Assembly (NCBI GenBank): GCA_963740635.1
Contig: CAVUEQ010000001.1
Location: 657,026-721,025 of the forward strand
Length of the DNA stretch: 64,000 nucleotides
Reading direction: 5' to 3'
DNA from: an uncultured bacterium
GTDB taxonomy: Bacteria; Patescibacteriota; Saccharimonadia; UBA4664
Numbering within the stretch: position 1 is the stretch's first letter; every line of letters starts with the position of its first letter. Positions 19,039 to 27,640 of the stretch are shown here, piece by piece. Position numbers and translations under genes: made by a program. The notes beneath the pieces are model-generated. The model saw only the letters and a program-made list of their open reading frames with translations. It did no database searches and was not told the origin of the DNA.

Positions 19039-20641
19039 ATGCAGAATCCTCTTGAAACTCCGGCTGCAGCAGCACCCACTGAAAAAGCCCCGGCCCTGTC
19101 GCCGCTGATGGAGGGTTTGGTGAAACTGTTGCGCACCAAGCAGCCGCCGGCCTGGAAGGGGGCCAAAATCCATGTGCCGGAGATTACTTCCGGCGCTTAC
19201 TTCCTCTACGAGCAAATCCGCAATGCAGTCGAATACCGCGAGCAGCACCTGTTTTTGCGGGGGGCGATCGAGCGGTTTTTGCTGCGCGAGCTGGGGTCGG
19301 CCGAGCCGGAAAGCATCGGGTTTGAGCTGGTCAGCGAACTCACCAAAACCCGCTACCTGGCCAACGACACGATTACCGACGAGCACGTCGCCTACCTGGA
19401 TTACCTGGTGGATCGCTATGCGACGCTGCAAAAGCTGGCTTTGGCGCACGGCAAACCCGATTACGACCAGGTAGCCACGGCCATTGTGCAACTGCTGAGC
19501 GTGGAGCTCGAGCGGGCGTTGCACCCGCATCCCACCGAGGCGGCGATCGTGGAGTTTACCTACGCGTCGTTTATTAAGCACGCCGACGTGCCGCGCGAAG
19601 ACCAGCTGGTCCTGTACGCCGCCGTCCACAAGGCGCTCTTGAAATCGGACTTGGCCACCATCCGCTACGGTGTGTTTTCGCGCAAGTTCCCCCGCTGGCT
19701 CGAGGACGACGCGCAGCTCGAGGCGGCCGGCGCCGGCTTTAGCGGCCTGAACAATGAGCTGGCGGAGCAGATTGGGGGCTCACAGCCGCACCGGATGTTT
19801 AGGCTGGTGCGCCGGCACATCGCCCCGTATCTGATCCTGCGCGAAATCATTAAGACCAGCACCAAAGGCCTCGAGCAGCTGTCCACCACACCGAGCGTGC
19901 TCATGGAGAAGGCCCGCAGCGTGGCCGAGCAGCAGTACCAGGTGGCGTCGGCGCGGCTGAAGCGCAGCGTGGTGCAGGCTATGATTTTCTTGTTTGTGAC
20001 CAAAATGGTGATCGGCGTACTGATCGAAATTCCGTACGAGCTGTTTGTTTATGGTGAGGTCAACCCTGTGCCGCTGGCGATCAACCTGATATTCCCGCCG
20101 CTGTACATGGCCGCGGTCGGGTTTGGCATCAAGACGCCGGGCCCGCGCAACACCACCAAAATCCTCAGCGACCTCAAGCTCATCGTGTACCAATCAGAAC
20201 AGCCGCTCAGCTACACGTTGCGCACCCGCGGCCGCCGCTCGAGCGTACGCGGCGCCTTCAACCTGTTTTTACGGGCTCACTTCCCTGCTGACGCTGGCCG
20301 GCATTTCGTACCTGCTGCAACTGGTGGGCTTCAATATTGTCAGCGGCATCATCTTCTTCGTGTTCCTGTCGACCGTAAGCTTCTTCGCCTACCGTATTTC
20401 CAACTCCGTCCGCGAGTACGCGGTGATCGACGAAGACACCGGTTTTTTCACGACCCTGAGCGATTTTTTACTGACGCCTTTCATACGCACGGGGCAATGG
20501 CTGGCCGAGCGCTACAGCCGCATCAACATCTTCACAGCCATCCTGGACATCATTATCGAAACACCATTCAAGACCCTGCTGCGCATCATCGAGCAGTGGA
20601 ACGCCTTCCTGCGCGACAAGCGCGACGACGTCCTGCGCTAG
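19039..20641 (+). pseudogene. Hypothetical polytopic membrane protein with a frameshift at a T5 run (20266-20270)
   Basis: ORF 19039..20679 becomes an Arg/His/Pro-rich tail after ...RGAFNLF. The hydrophobic continuation GLTSLLTLAGISYLLQLVGFNIVSGIIFFVFLSTVSFFAY... is in the frame of ORF 20123..20641. TGCTACAAT-N6-ATG lies at the start. Confidence 0.6.
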
Positions 20642-20681
20642 GCTTGCATAGCGCTAGGTATTGTGTTATTAATGCATGAGC

Positions 20682-20710
20682 TTGAATGTTCGCTTTTTGT
20701 TTGGTATAAT
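20682..20710 (+). promoter_or_regulatory. Sigma-70-type promoter TTGAAT-N17-TATAAT
   Basis: TTGAAT at 20682-20687 and TATAAT at 20705-20710. About 45 nt upstream of the ATG at 20756, which has an AAAGGGG SD. Confidence 0.6.
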
Positions 20711-20755
20711 GGCTTTGTGATCGGGAATATACTGGAAAGACGAAAGGGGTGCAAA

Positions 20756-21064
20756 ATGCCGACCGTGGATTTTACAAAGGAAGAACTACTTACGGATATG
20801 CGCGTGCTAGTCGATGAGCGACTGGATGAGAAGTTGGAGGCGCGATTCAAGAAGGAGCGAGAGTACACGCGCAGCTTGCTTGATGAGCGATTCGCACAAG
20901 AGCGCGAGTATACGCGGCAGATGATGACTGATACCTTTTTGAGCTTTTGGGAGTCCAATCTGGAGCCGGCTTTCGAGTCGCTGGAGACCGAAGTCAAAAA
21001 GCAGGGACGGCTATTGGCACGTCACTCGAACGACATCATGGAGCTGCGGTCGCGCACAACGTAA
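20756..21064 (+). CDS. Hypothetical coiled-coil protein
   Basis: 102-aa product (internal Met of ORF 20663..21064) containing the internal repeat KKEREYTRSLLDERF / AQEREYTRQMM. Confidence 0.5.
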   Translation: MPTVDFTKEELLTDMRVLVDERLDEKLEARFKKEREYTRSLLDERFAQEREYTRQMMTDTFLSFWESNLEPAFESLETEVKKQGRLLARHSNDIMELRSRTT

Positions 21065-21402
21065 TGGCTACTGAGGCACGGACGGCGGAATTTTTGGCGG
21101 AGCAGGTGGCGGGCGCGGGTGAGATACGCACGCGCAAGATGTTTGGTGAATACGCTTTGTATTGCGACGAGAAGGTGGTGGCGTTTATTTGCGACGACCA
21201 ACTATACGTGAAGATTACCGCCGCGAGCCGGCCGTATCTCGACGAGTCGCACGATGCGCCGGCTTATCCCGGGTCGAAGCCATATATCCGGGTGCCGGAA
21301 GATTATTGGGACGATGCCGACTGGATGTCGCGGATCGTGCGGGCGGTGGCCGATAGTGTGCCGGCCCCTAAACCAAAGGCGCGGCGCACGCGGAAAGATT
21401 AG
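21064..21402 (+). CDS. TfoX N-terminal domain protein
   Basis: MATEARTAEFLAEQV...RKMFGEYALYCDEKVVAFICDDQLYVK. TAATG coupling to the upstream gene. Confidence 0.65.
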   Translation: MATEARTAEFLAEQVAGAGEIRTRKMFGEYALYCDEKVVAFICDDQLYVKITAASRPYLDESHDAPAYPGSKPYIRVPEDYWDDADWMSRIVRAVADSVPAPKPKARRTRKD

Positions 21403-21520
21403 CTGTATTATCTTGTTATAAGGATTAGGGACTTAGGCAAGTTGTTACTCGAGAAACATAATTTAACCAAGGTAGTAGTCTTTTCGATTACGCTAGAGGA
21501 CTGGAAGGTAGAGTGGTTGG

Positions 21521-22435
21521 GTGAGTAATCTGGATTACAAAAAGCTTGGGGCGCAAATAAAGGACGTTTACGTCGACAAGGAGCGGTACCAGCTCAACAA
21601 GGACGTTCCTACGTTCTACAGAGACGGCAAATATGTGGGCGATTTCTTTAACTTCACGATATTCGAGCTTGATGGGTCAAACCCACCAACCTTTTACCAT
21701 GTCTTTAGCCCGTACGACATCATCACGAGCAAAAGCACTCAGCAAGCGGCGGTTTTTCGTTCAGGTGAATTGATTTTTAGTTCGGAGTTTACTCCCTATA
21801 TGCAGCAACGGACTGGGGTAATGTCGGCGCTGGTGTTGGGTGCCCTTGGCATCAAAGCACTCAAGAATCTGCGCGTTTTGTACGTTGGTACTGGCTCGAT
21901 TGCACAGAGAGACATCGCGGCTTTAAAAGCGCATTTTCCGGATGTCGCTGAAGTTTCGTTTGTGAACCGGGGCGATGAAGCTAAAGAGTTTACGAAGATA
22001 GCTCGAGAACTTGGGGTTGAGACGGCCCGAAGCAGCTTAGGGCAGATCGGCGACTTTGATATCATCATTTGCCATACGAACTCAAAGGAACCGGTGGTGA
22101 CTGCCGATCTGGAGGCCAAGATTAAGTCTGGCACGATTATCGCTGTGTTTTCATCGGAGGACTTTACCGAGCTGGCACCAGAGTTTTTTGACACCAAGGT
22201 CGCCAACATACTGATTGATTGGGAACAGACAATCGAGGAAGCGCTGGAATTAAAAGCCAGCGTGGACAGCGGTCGTGCCGACCCGGAGAAGTTTGTTTCG
22301 TTAGCAGAACTATTTTCAAGCGGGCTGCCAAACAGAGGGCGCAAGAACTACACGATATACCGGTCACACGGTACGCCGATGCAAAATCTGGCGGCATTAA
22401 AGCTGCTCGTGAACGATAAGGAATCTAAGGTCTGA
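21521..22435 (+). CDS. Ornithine cyclodeaminase / mu-crystallin family-like NAD-binding protein (tentative)
   Basis: 304-aa ORF with a GTG start. Rossmann-like LYVGTGSIAQ and a C-terminal YRSHGTPMQNLAA. Lower GC than neighbours. Confidence 0.4.
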   Translation: MSNLDYKKLGAQIKDVYVDKERYQLNKDVPTFYRDGKYVGDFFNFTIFELDGSNPPTFYHVFSPYDIITSKSTQQAAVFRSGELIFSSEFTPYMQQRTGVMSALVLGALGIKALKNLRVLYVGTGSIAQRDIAALKAHFPDVAEVSFVNRGDEAKEFTKIARELGVETARSSLGQIGDFDIIICHTNSKEPVVTADLEAKIKSGTIIAVFSSEDFTELAPEFFDTKVANILIDWEQTIEEALELKASVDSGRADPEKFVSLAELFSSGLPNRGRKNYTIYRSHGTPMQNLAALKLLVNDKESKV

Positions 22436-23362
22436 CTGTAACGACTACCTTGCCCTGGGGGTGGCCGGTTTGGAAGTAGCTGAGAGCGGCGCCGGCTTGG
22501 TCGAGCGAAAGGTTTTGGCGATGACCGGCTTGACGGCGCCGGACTCGACCAGCTTGGTGAGGGCGGCGAGGCGGTCGGTGGTGACTTTGGTGTACTGGTG
22601 AAAGGCCGACACTCGGTGCTGCCTGGCGAGGGCCTCATCAACAGGCGCGCTCATGGAGGCGATCGCGCCCCCGGGCTTTAGAACTGCGTGCGAATCGGTA
22701 TAGGTTTGGCCGCCAACGGTATCGAAAACCGCGTCATAGTCCGACAGCTTGTCCTGGAATTTTTCGGTTTTATAATCGATGACCACGTCCGCGCCGAGGC
22801 CTTTCAGGAAGTCCGCGTGCGACGCCTCGGCAGTGGTGGCAACGTACGCCCCGAGATGCTTGGCGAGCTGGATAGCCAGGCTGCCGATGCCGCCGGCGCC
22901 CCCGTGGATGAGGATTTTTTGGCCGGGCTGGAGGTTGAGGGTTTCGACGAGGGCCTGGTAGGCGCTAACACCAACGAGGGGCAGGGCCGCGGCCTCTTCG
23001 AAGCTGACACTGGCCGGCTTGGGGCCGAGGTTGGCAGGAGAGGCCGGCCCGAATTCGGCGAAAGATCCGTGGCTTGAGAGAGGCCCGGCCTGGCCATAAA
23101 CCGCGTCGCCGGGTTTGAAGTTCGCAACCTCGGGTCCAACCTCCGCAATTACCCCGGCGAAGTCGCTGCCAAGCACGGCCGGAAAGTCCAGCTCTTTCAT
23201 TCGCCGCATCGCACCCGATAGGACCGCAAGATCAAAAGGATTGACAGCGGAGGCATGAACCTGGATCAGGACTTGGCTTGTTTTTATGACCGGCTTGGCG
23301 GCGTCCGTGACAGTCCTGATGATTTCGGGGGCGCCATATGCGGTGATTTGCGCTGCTTTCAT
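22425..23362 (-). pseudogene. NADPH:quinone oxidoreductase (MDR family) with a C-terminal frameshift near 22506
   Basis: ORF 22445..23362 (305 aa) has QOR motifs. After ...KPVIAKTF the expected ending PLDQAGAALSYFQTGHPQGKVVVTVRP* lies in another frame. TTTCGCTC looks like TTTC(C)GCTC with one C missing. Confidence 0.7.
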
Positions 23363-23464
23363 AGACTAGGTACCTCGCATTACTTTACTTAGTATAGTAA
23401 CACGAGGACGGGGTCTATTTGAAAGATGTGCCGAGAATTGGCGGCCGGCTGCTACAATGCGGAC

Positions 23465-23974
23465 ATGAGCTCTCCGACACAATTTGAAGCCAAAACCCCG
23501 CTCGATAAGTTTTTTCAGGCCGGCATTTTGCTGAAGGCCATCGACGGGCTGCTCGAGATAATCGGCGGTGTGCTGTTGCTGTTTGTGAAGCCGGCATACT
23601 TGGACCAGTTTGCGGTCACGTTGACGCAGCACGAGCTAGTAGAGGATCCGCACGACTTTGTAGTCAGCCACCTGGTGATGATTTTGCAGGCCGGCAAGGG
23701 TTCACTGCTGTTTGGGGCGGTGTATCTGGTGACGCATGGGCTGGTGAAGATATTGCTTGTGAGCGAGATTCTGCGCGGGCGGCTGTGGGCCTACCAGGGA
23801 CTGATCTGGTTTACGGTCGGGTTTATGGTTTACCAGACTTACCGGTTCGCGTATTCGGGCTCGGTGCTTATGATAGTGCTGACCTTGTATGACGCGGTAG
23901 TGGTGTGGCTGACGGTGGTGGAGTACCGCAAGCGGCGAGGGGACCGGCAAGCGGGTGAAACTCAGGCAGTGTAG
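23465..23974 (+). CDS. DUF2127-like membrane protein
   Basis: FFQAGILLKAIDGLLEIIGGVLLLFV pattern and four hydrophobic helices. TGCTACAAT-N6-ATG supports the start at 23465. Confidence 0.6.
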   Translation: MSSPTQFEAKTPLDKFFQAGILLKAIDGLLEIIGGVLLLFVKPAYLDQFAVTLTQHELVEDPHDFVVSHLVMILQAGKGSLLFGAVYLVTHGLVKILLVSEILRGRLWAYQGLIWFTVGFMVYQTYRFAYSGSVLMIVLTLYDAVVVWLTVVEYRKRRGDRQAGETQAV

Positions 23975-25428
23975 GACGTGGAGCTGGTGGTGCCGCCGTG
24001 GCCGGTCCAGTTGGTGTGGAAGAATTCGCCGCGCGGTTTGTCCACGCGCTCGTAAGTGTGCGCGCCGAAGTAATCGCGCTGGGCCTGGAGCAGGTTCGCG
24101 GGCAGGCTGGCGGTGCGGTATCCGTCGTAGAACGCCAGCGCGGTGCTGAAGGCCGGCACCGGGATGCCTTTCTTGACGGCCGCGGCGACGACGTTGCGCC
24201 AGGCGCCTTGAGCGGCGTTGATCGCCTCGTGGAAGAACGGCTCCAGCAGCAGGTTGGTGAGCTCGGGATCGTTGTCGAAGGCTTCCTTGATGTCGCCGAG
24301 GAACCGGCTGCGGATGATGCAGCCGCCGCGCCACATCAGCGCGATGCCGCCGTAGTTGAGGTTCCAATTGTATTCCGCGGCCGCCGCGCGCATGAGCATG
24401 TAGCCCTGCGCGTAGCTGACGATCTTCGAGGCGTAAAGCGCATGGCGGATGTGCTCGATGAACGCCTTGCGCGGTCGCCGGGCTGCGGCGGGCTTGGGGC
24501 CCTTGAACACCTTGGCGGCCTCCACGCGCTCGTCTTTCAGCGCCGACAAACGCAGCGGCGAAGACCGCCTCGGCGATCAGCGTGATCGGGAATTCCGAGG
24601 TTGGCCGAATTGATGACGGTCCATTTGCCCGTGCCCTTTCTGGCCGGCGGTGTCGAGAATCTTGTCCACCAGCGGCTGGCCGTCCGTGTCTTTGAAGGCC
24701 AGGATGTCGCGGGTGATTTCGATGAGGTAGGTGTCGAGCTCGCCTTTGTTCCATTCGGCGAAGACTTCGTGCATTTGCTCGGCGGCGTCAGGCCAGGCTG
24801 GTCCTCATGATGTGGTAGGCTTCGCAGATGAGCTGCATGTCGCCGTATTCGATGCCGTTGTGGACCATCTTCACGTAATGGCCGGCGCCGCCCTCGCCCA
24901 CCCAATCGCAGCACGGCGTGCCGTCTTCGACTTTGGCGGCGATGCCCTGGAAGATGTCCTTCACGTGCGGCCACGCGGCGGGCGAACCGCCGGGCATGAT
25001 CGCCGGGCCCATGCCGCGCGCCTTCTTCGCCGCCGCTCACGCCGGTGCCGATGTAAAGCAGGCCCTTGATCTCGACGTATTTCACGCGGCGGGCGGTGTC
25101 CTCGAACAGCGAATTGCCGCCGTCAATGATGATGTCGCCGGGTTCGAGGTGCGGCAGGAGGTGCTCGATGAATTCGTCCACTGGCTTGCCGGCCTTGACC
25201 ATCAGCATCACGCGGCGGGGGCTTTTGAGCTGCGCGACCATTTCCTCGATGAGTGGGCGCCGATGACCTTCGTGCCCTTGGCTTCGTTGGCGAGGAAGTC
25301 GTCCACCTTCTGATGGTGCGGTTGTAGGCCACGACGGTGAAGCCGTGGTCGTTCATGTTGAGGATGAGGTTCTGGCCCATCACGGCCAGGCCGATGACGG
25401 CGATATCGGCGGTAGGTTCGGGTTTCAT
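23962..25428 (-). pseudogene. gnd: 6-phosphogluconate dehydrogenase (decarboxylating) broken by at least 8 single-base indels
   Basis: A conserved 6PGD sequence is recoverable only by hopping frames. The segments are MKPEPTADIAVIGLAVMGQNLILNMNDHGFTVVAYNRT | QKVDDFLANEAKGTKVIGAHS | LIEEMVAQLKSPRRVMLMVKAG...[13 protein letters not shown] | [18 protein letters not shown]...[10 protein letters not shown] | GLTP | [24 protein letters not shown]...DTAGQKG | [15 protein letters not shown] | [10 protein letters not shown] | ..LSALKDERV...GAHTYERVD. Shift sites are near 25316, 25250, 25005, 24793, 24783, 24635, 24587 and 24555. Confidence 0.9.
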
Positions 25429-25530
25429 AATCTAGAGTTTACCGCGACAAGCGGTTTTGATACAGCAAATCGCTTATTTCCTTTTAAGAGTAAGTGCTGT
25501 CCATTACTTTCAACAATCCCTCACTAGAAC

Positions 25531-25632
25531 TATGTAGACCATCTATACACCAATGATTAGAATCCCTTTGCTAAGCCATTATTAATCGCTGTCCCAAGCC
25601 ATTATTGTATAGGTATGTAGATCATCTACATA
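25531..25632. promoter_or_regulatory. AT-rich spacer with two related palindromes and a direct repeat upstream of gnd
   Basis: TATGTAGACCATCTATACA at 25531-25549 (imperfect). TATGTAGATCATCTACATA at 25614-25632 (perfect 9-1-9 palindrome). AAGCCATTATT occurs at 25573-25583 and 25596-25606. Confidence 0.4.
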
Positions 25633-25684
25633 GTTGGCGTTAGGTAAATATCGAAAAATCTCAACTACCCGTAACGGAATTCTG

Positions 25685-26536
25685 CTAGGTCTGGTACCCG
25701 ACTGAAATCATGGCGCTGAAAACGAGGATGACGATGAGCGAGAAGCGGAAAAGTTGGCGGGCCCAGAGTTTGTCGTCGGGGGCGGTGAAACCCGCGTAGG
25801 CCAGGCGCAACCAATAGCCGCCGAAGGCGAGCATGACGACGAGATAAACCAAGCCGGTGTAGCCGGTGATGGTGAGCAGGCTGGTGGCGACGAGGAAGGC
25901 CACGATGTAGACGATGATCTGGTTTTTGGCGGCGCGAACGCCACGGCGCACAGGGAGCACCGGGATGCCGGCGGCGGAGTAATCATCGGCGCGGTAGGTG
26001 GCGATGGAGTAGAAGTGCGGCATTTGCCAGGTGACGAGGACCAGGAACAGGATGATGGCGGCGGCGTCGAGGCGGCCGGTGACAGCCGTGTAGCCGACCA
26101 CGGGCGGGATGGCGCCGGAGATGCTGCCGATGAGGGTGCCGTGGACGGTGCGGCGCTTGCCGATGCCATATAGAAACACGTAGGCGAAATAGCCGAAGAG
26201 CGCCAGGCCGGCGGCGAGCAGGTTGGTGAGGGCTAGGAGTATGAAGGTGCCGGCCGCGCCGAGGACGGCCGCGAAGGTGAGGGCGGCGCGCGGCGAGACT
26301 TTGCCGGTGACCAGCGCGCGGTTTTTAGTGCGGGCCATGCGGCGGTCGATGTCGCGGTCCAGGTAATTGTTGGACACGCAGGCCGCGGCGATGACGGCAG
26401 AGAGGCCGGCCAGCGTGGCCACCAGCAGGCCGGCGTCGACCTGGCCGCGGGAGGCCAGAAAAAATCCGCCGGCGGCCGTGATGGCGTTGCCGTAGACGAT
26501 GCCCGGCTTGGTGAGCCGGTAATAGGTTTTGAGCAC
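25685..26536 (-). CDS. cyoE: Protoheme IX farnesyltransferase (heme O synthase)
   Basis: 283-aa polytopic ORF with a GTG start: YYRLTKPGIVYGN...NNYLDRDID..M.RT..R. UbiA family. Confidence 0.88.
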   Translation of the reverse strand: MLKTYYRLTKPGIVYGNAITAAGGFFLASRGQVDAGLLVATLAGLSAVIAAACVSNNYLDRDIDRRMARTKNRALVTGKVSPRAALTFAAVLGAAGTFILLALTNLLAAGLALFGYFAYVFLYGIGKRRTVHGTLIGSISGAIPPVVGYTAVTGRLDAAAIILFLVLVTWQMPHFYSIATYRADDYSAAGIPVLPVRRGVRAAKNQIIVYIVAFLVATSLLTITGYTGLVYLVVMLAFGGYWLRLAYAGFTAPDDKLWARQLFRFSLIVILVFSAMISVGYQT

Positions 26537-26737
26537 CGGGGCCGCTATTTGCCAAACCCTTCGTCGTGAATGATGTATTTGTCCATATTGTCGGGCGTCA
26601 TGCCGTGATAGTTAAGGTTGTTCATGGTTATTTATACTATAACAGTTTCGCGGTACGTCGCTTAAAAGCTATACTCTTGGCTCATAACTGATTTACATGG
26701 CATAATGATTATGCTTATTTGTGATGGAGCGCGGTTG

Positions 26738-27640
26738 ATGTCGAAAACAAAACCGAAGCACCGGCCCGGCAGCCTGGCCAGGGTGATAGTCCTGGGGATT
26801 GCCGCGTTGTCACTGCTGTATATGGTGCTGATGCATGGTCACAATGTGCAGGTGCTTAACCCGAAGGGCTTCGTTGCACAAGAAGAGCTAGGGATGATTA
26901 TTTTTTCCACAATCGTGCTGCTGGCGGTGGCGGTGCCAACTGTCGGGGTGCTCTACTTCACCGCCTGGAAGTACCGTGAGTCCAACACCAAGGCCAAGCA
27001 CGACCCGCAGATGCAGGGCGGTAAGCTGTTCCTGCTAGCGACGTGGGGGATTCCCATCGTTTTTATGAGCGTGCTGAGCGTAGTGATGTGGACTGCGACT
27101 CACAAATACGTGCCTCAACAAACTATTCCCGCATCGGTCAAACCGCTGAGGGTGGAAGTGGTGGCGATGAGGTGGAAATGGCTATTTATCTATCCCGAGC
27201 AGCACATAGCGACCGTAAACTTTGTCCAAATGCCGGTTAATACCCCGGTAACCTTTGAACTGACCGCCGACGATGCACCCATGAGTGGGTTTTGGATCCC
27301 GAACCTGGGCGGCATGCTGTACGCCATGACCGGCCACCTGAACCCCCTCAACCTGATGGCACAGACGCCGGGTGATTATGAAGGCAGATCAGGCGAAATC
27401 AACGGCGCCGGCTTTGCTGACATGAAATTCACGGCCAGGGCTAGCTCCAAGGCAGAATTCGATGACTGGGTGGTCGATATGCGGCAGTCGGGGGGTGTAC
27501 TCGATGACGCTGAGTACCAAAAATTGCTCAAGCCCAGCGAAGCTAATCCCGCCACGTTCTACTCGGATTACGAAAAGGGGTTATATGCTACAGTGCTTAC
27601 GAAATACTCGGGCTCACATAACCACGGCGGACAAGAATGA
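26738..27640 (+). CDS. cyoA: Quinol oxidase subunit II (no CuA ligands seen)
   Basis: ORF 26705..27640. Preferred start is ATG 26738, with GGAG upstream. Two N-terminal TM helices and a cupredoxin domain with GRSGEINGAGFADMKF in place of the CuA Cys/His motif. Confidence 0.85.
   Translation: MSKTKPKHRPGSLARVIVLGIAALSLLYMVLMHGHNVQVLNPKGFVAQEELGMIIFSTIVLLAVAVPTVGVLYFTAWKYRESNTKAKHDPQMQGGKLFLLATWGIPIVFMSVLSVVMWTATHKYVPQQTIPASVKPLRVEVVAMRWKWLFIYPEQHIATVNFVQMPVNTPVTFELTADDAPMSGFWIPNLGGMLYAMTGHLNPLNLMAQTPGDYEGRSGEINGAGFADMKFTARASSKAEFDDWVVDMRQSGGVLDDAEYQKLLKPSEANPATFYSDYEKGLYATVLTKYSGSHNHGGQE

Noticed and set aside
26545-26625. 26-aa ORF (MNNLNYHGMTPDNMDKYIIHDEGFGK) just upstream of cyoE.
   Set aside because: It has no convincing SD and no hydrophobic segment or known motif. 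It could be a leader peptide, but there is no support from the sequence alone.
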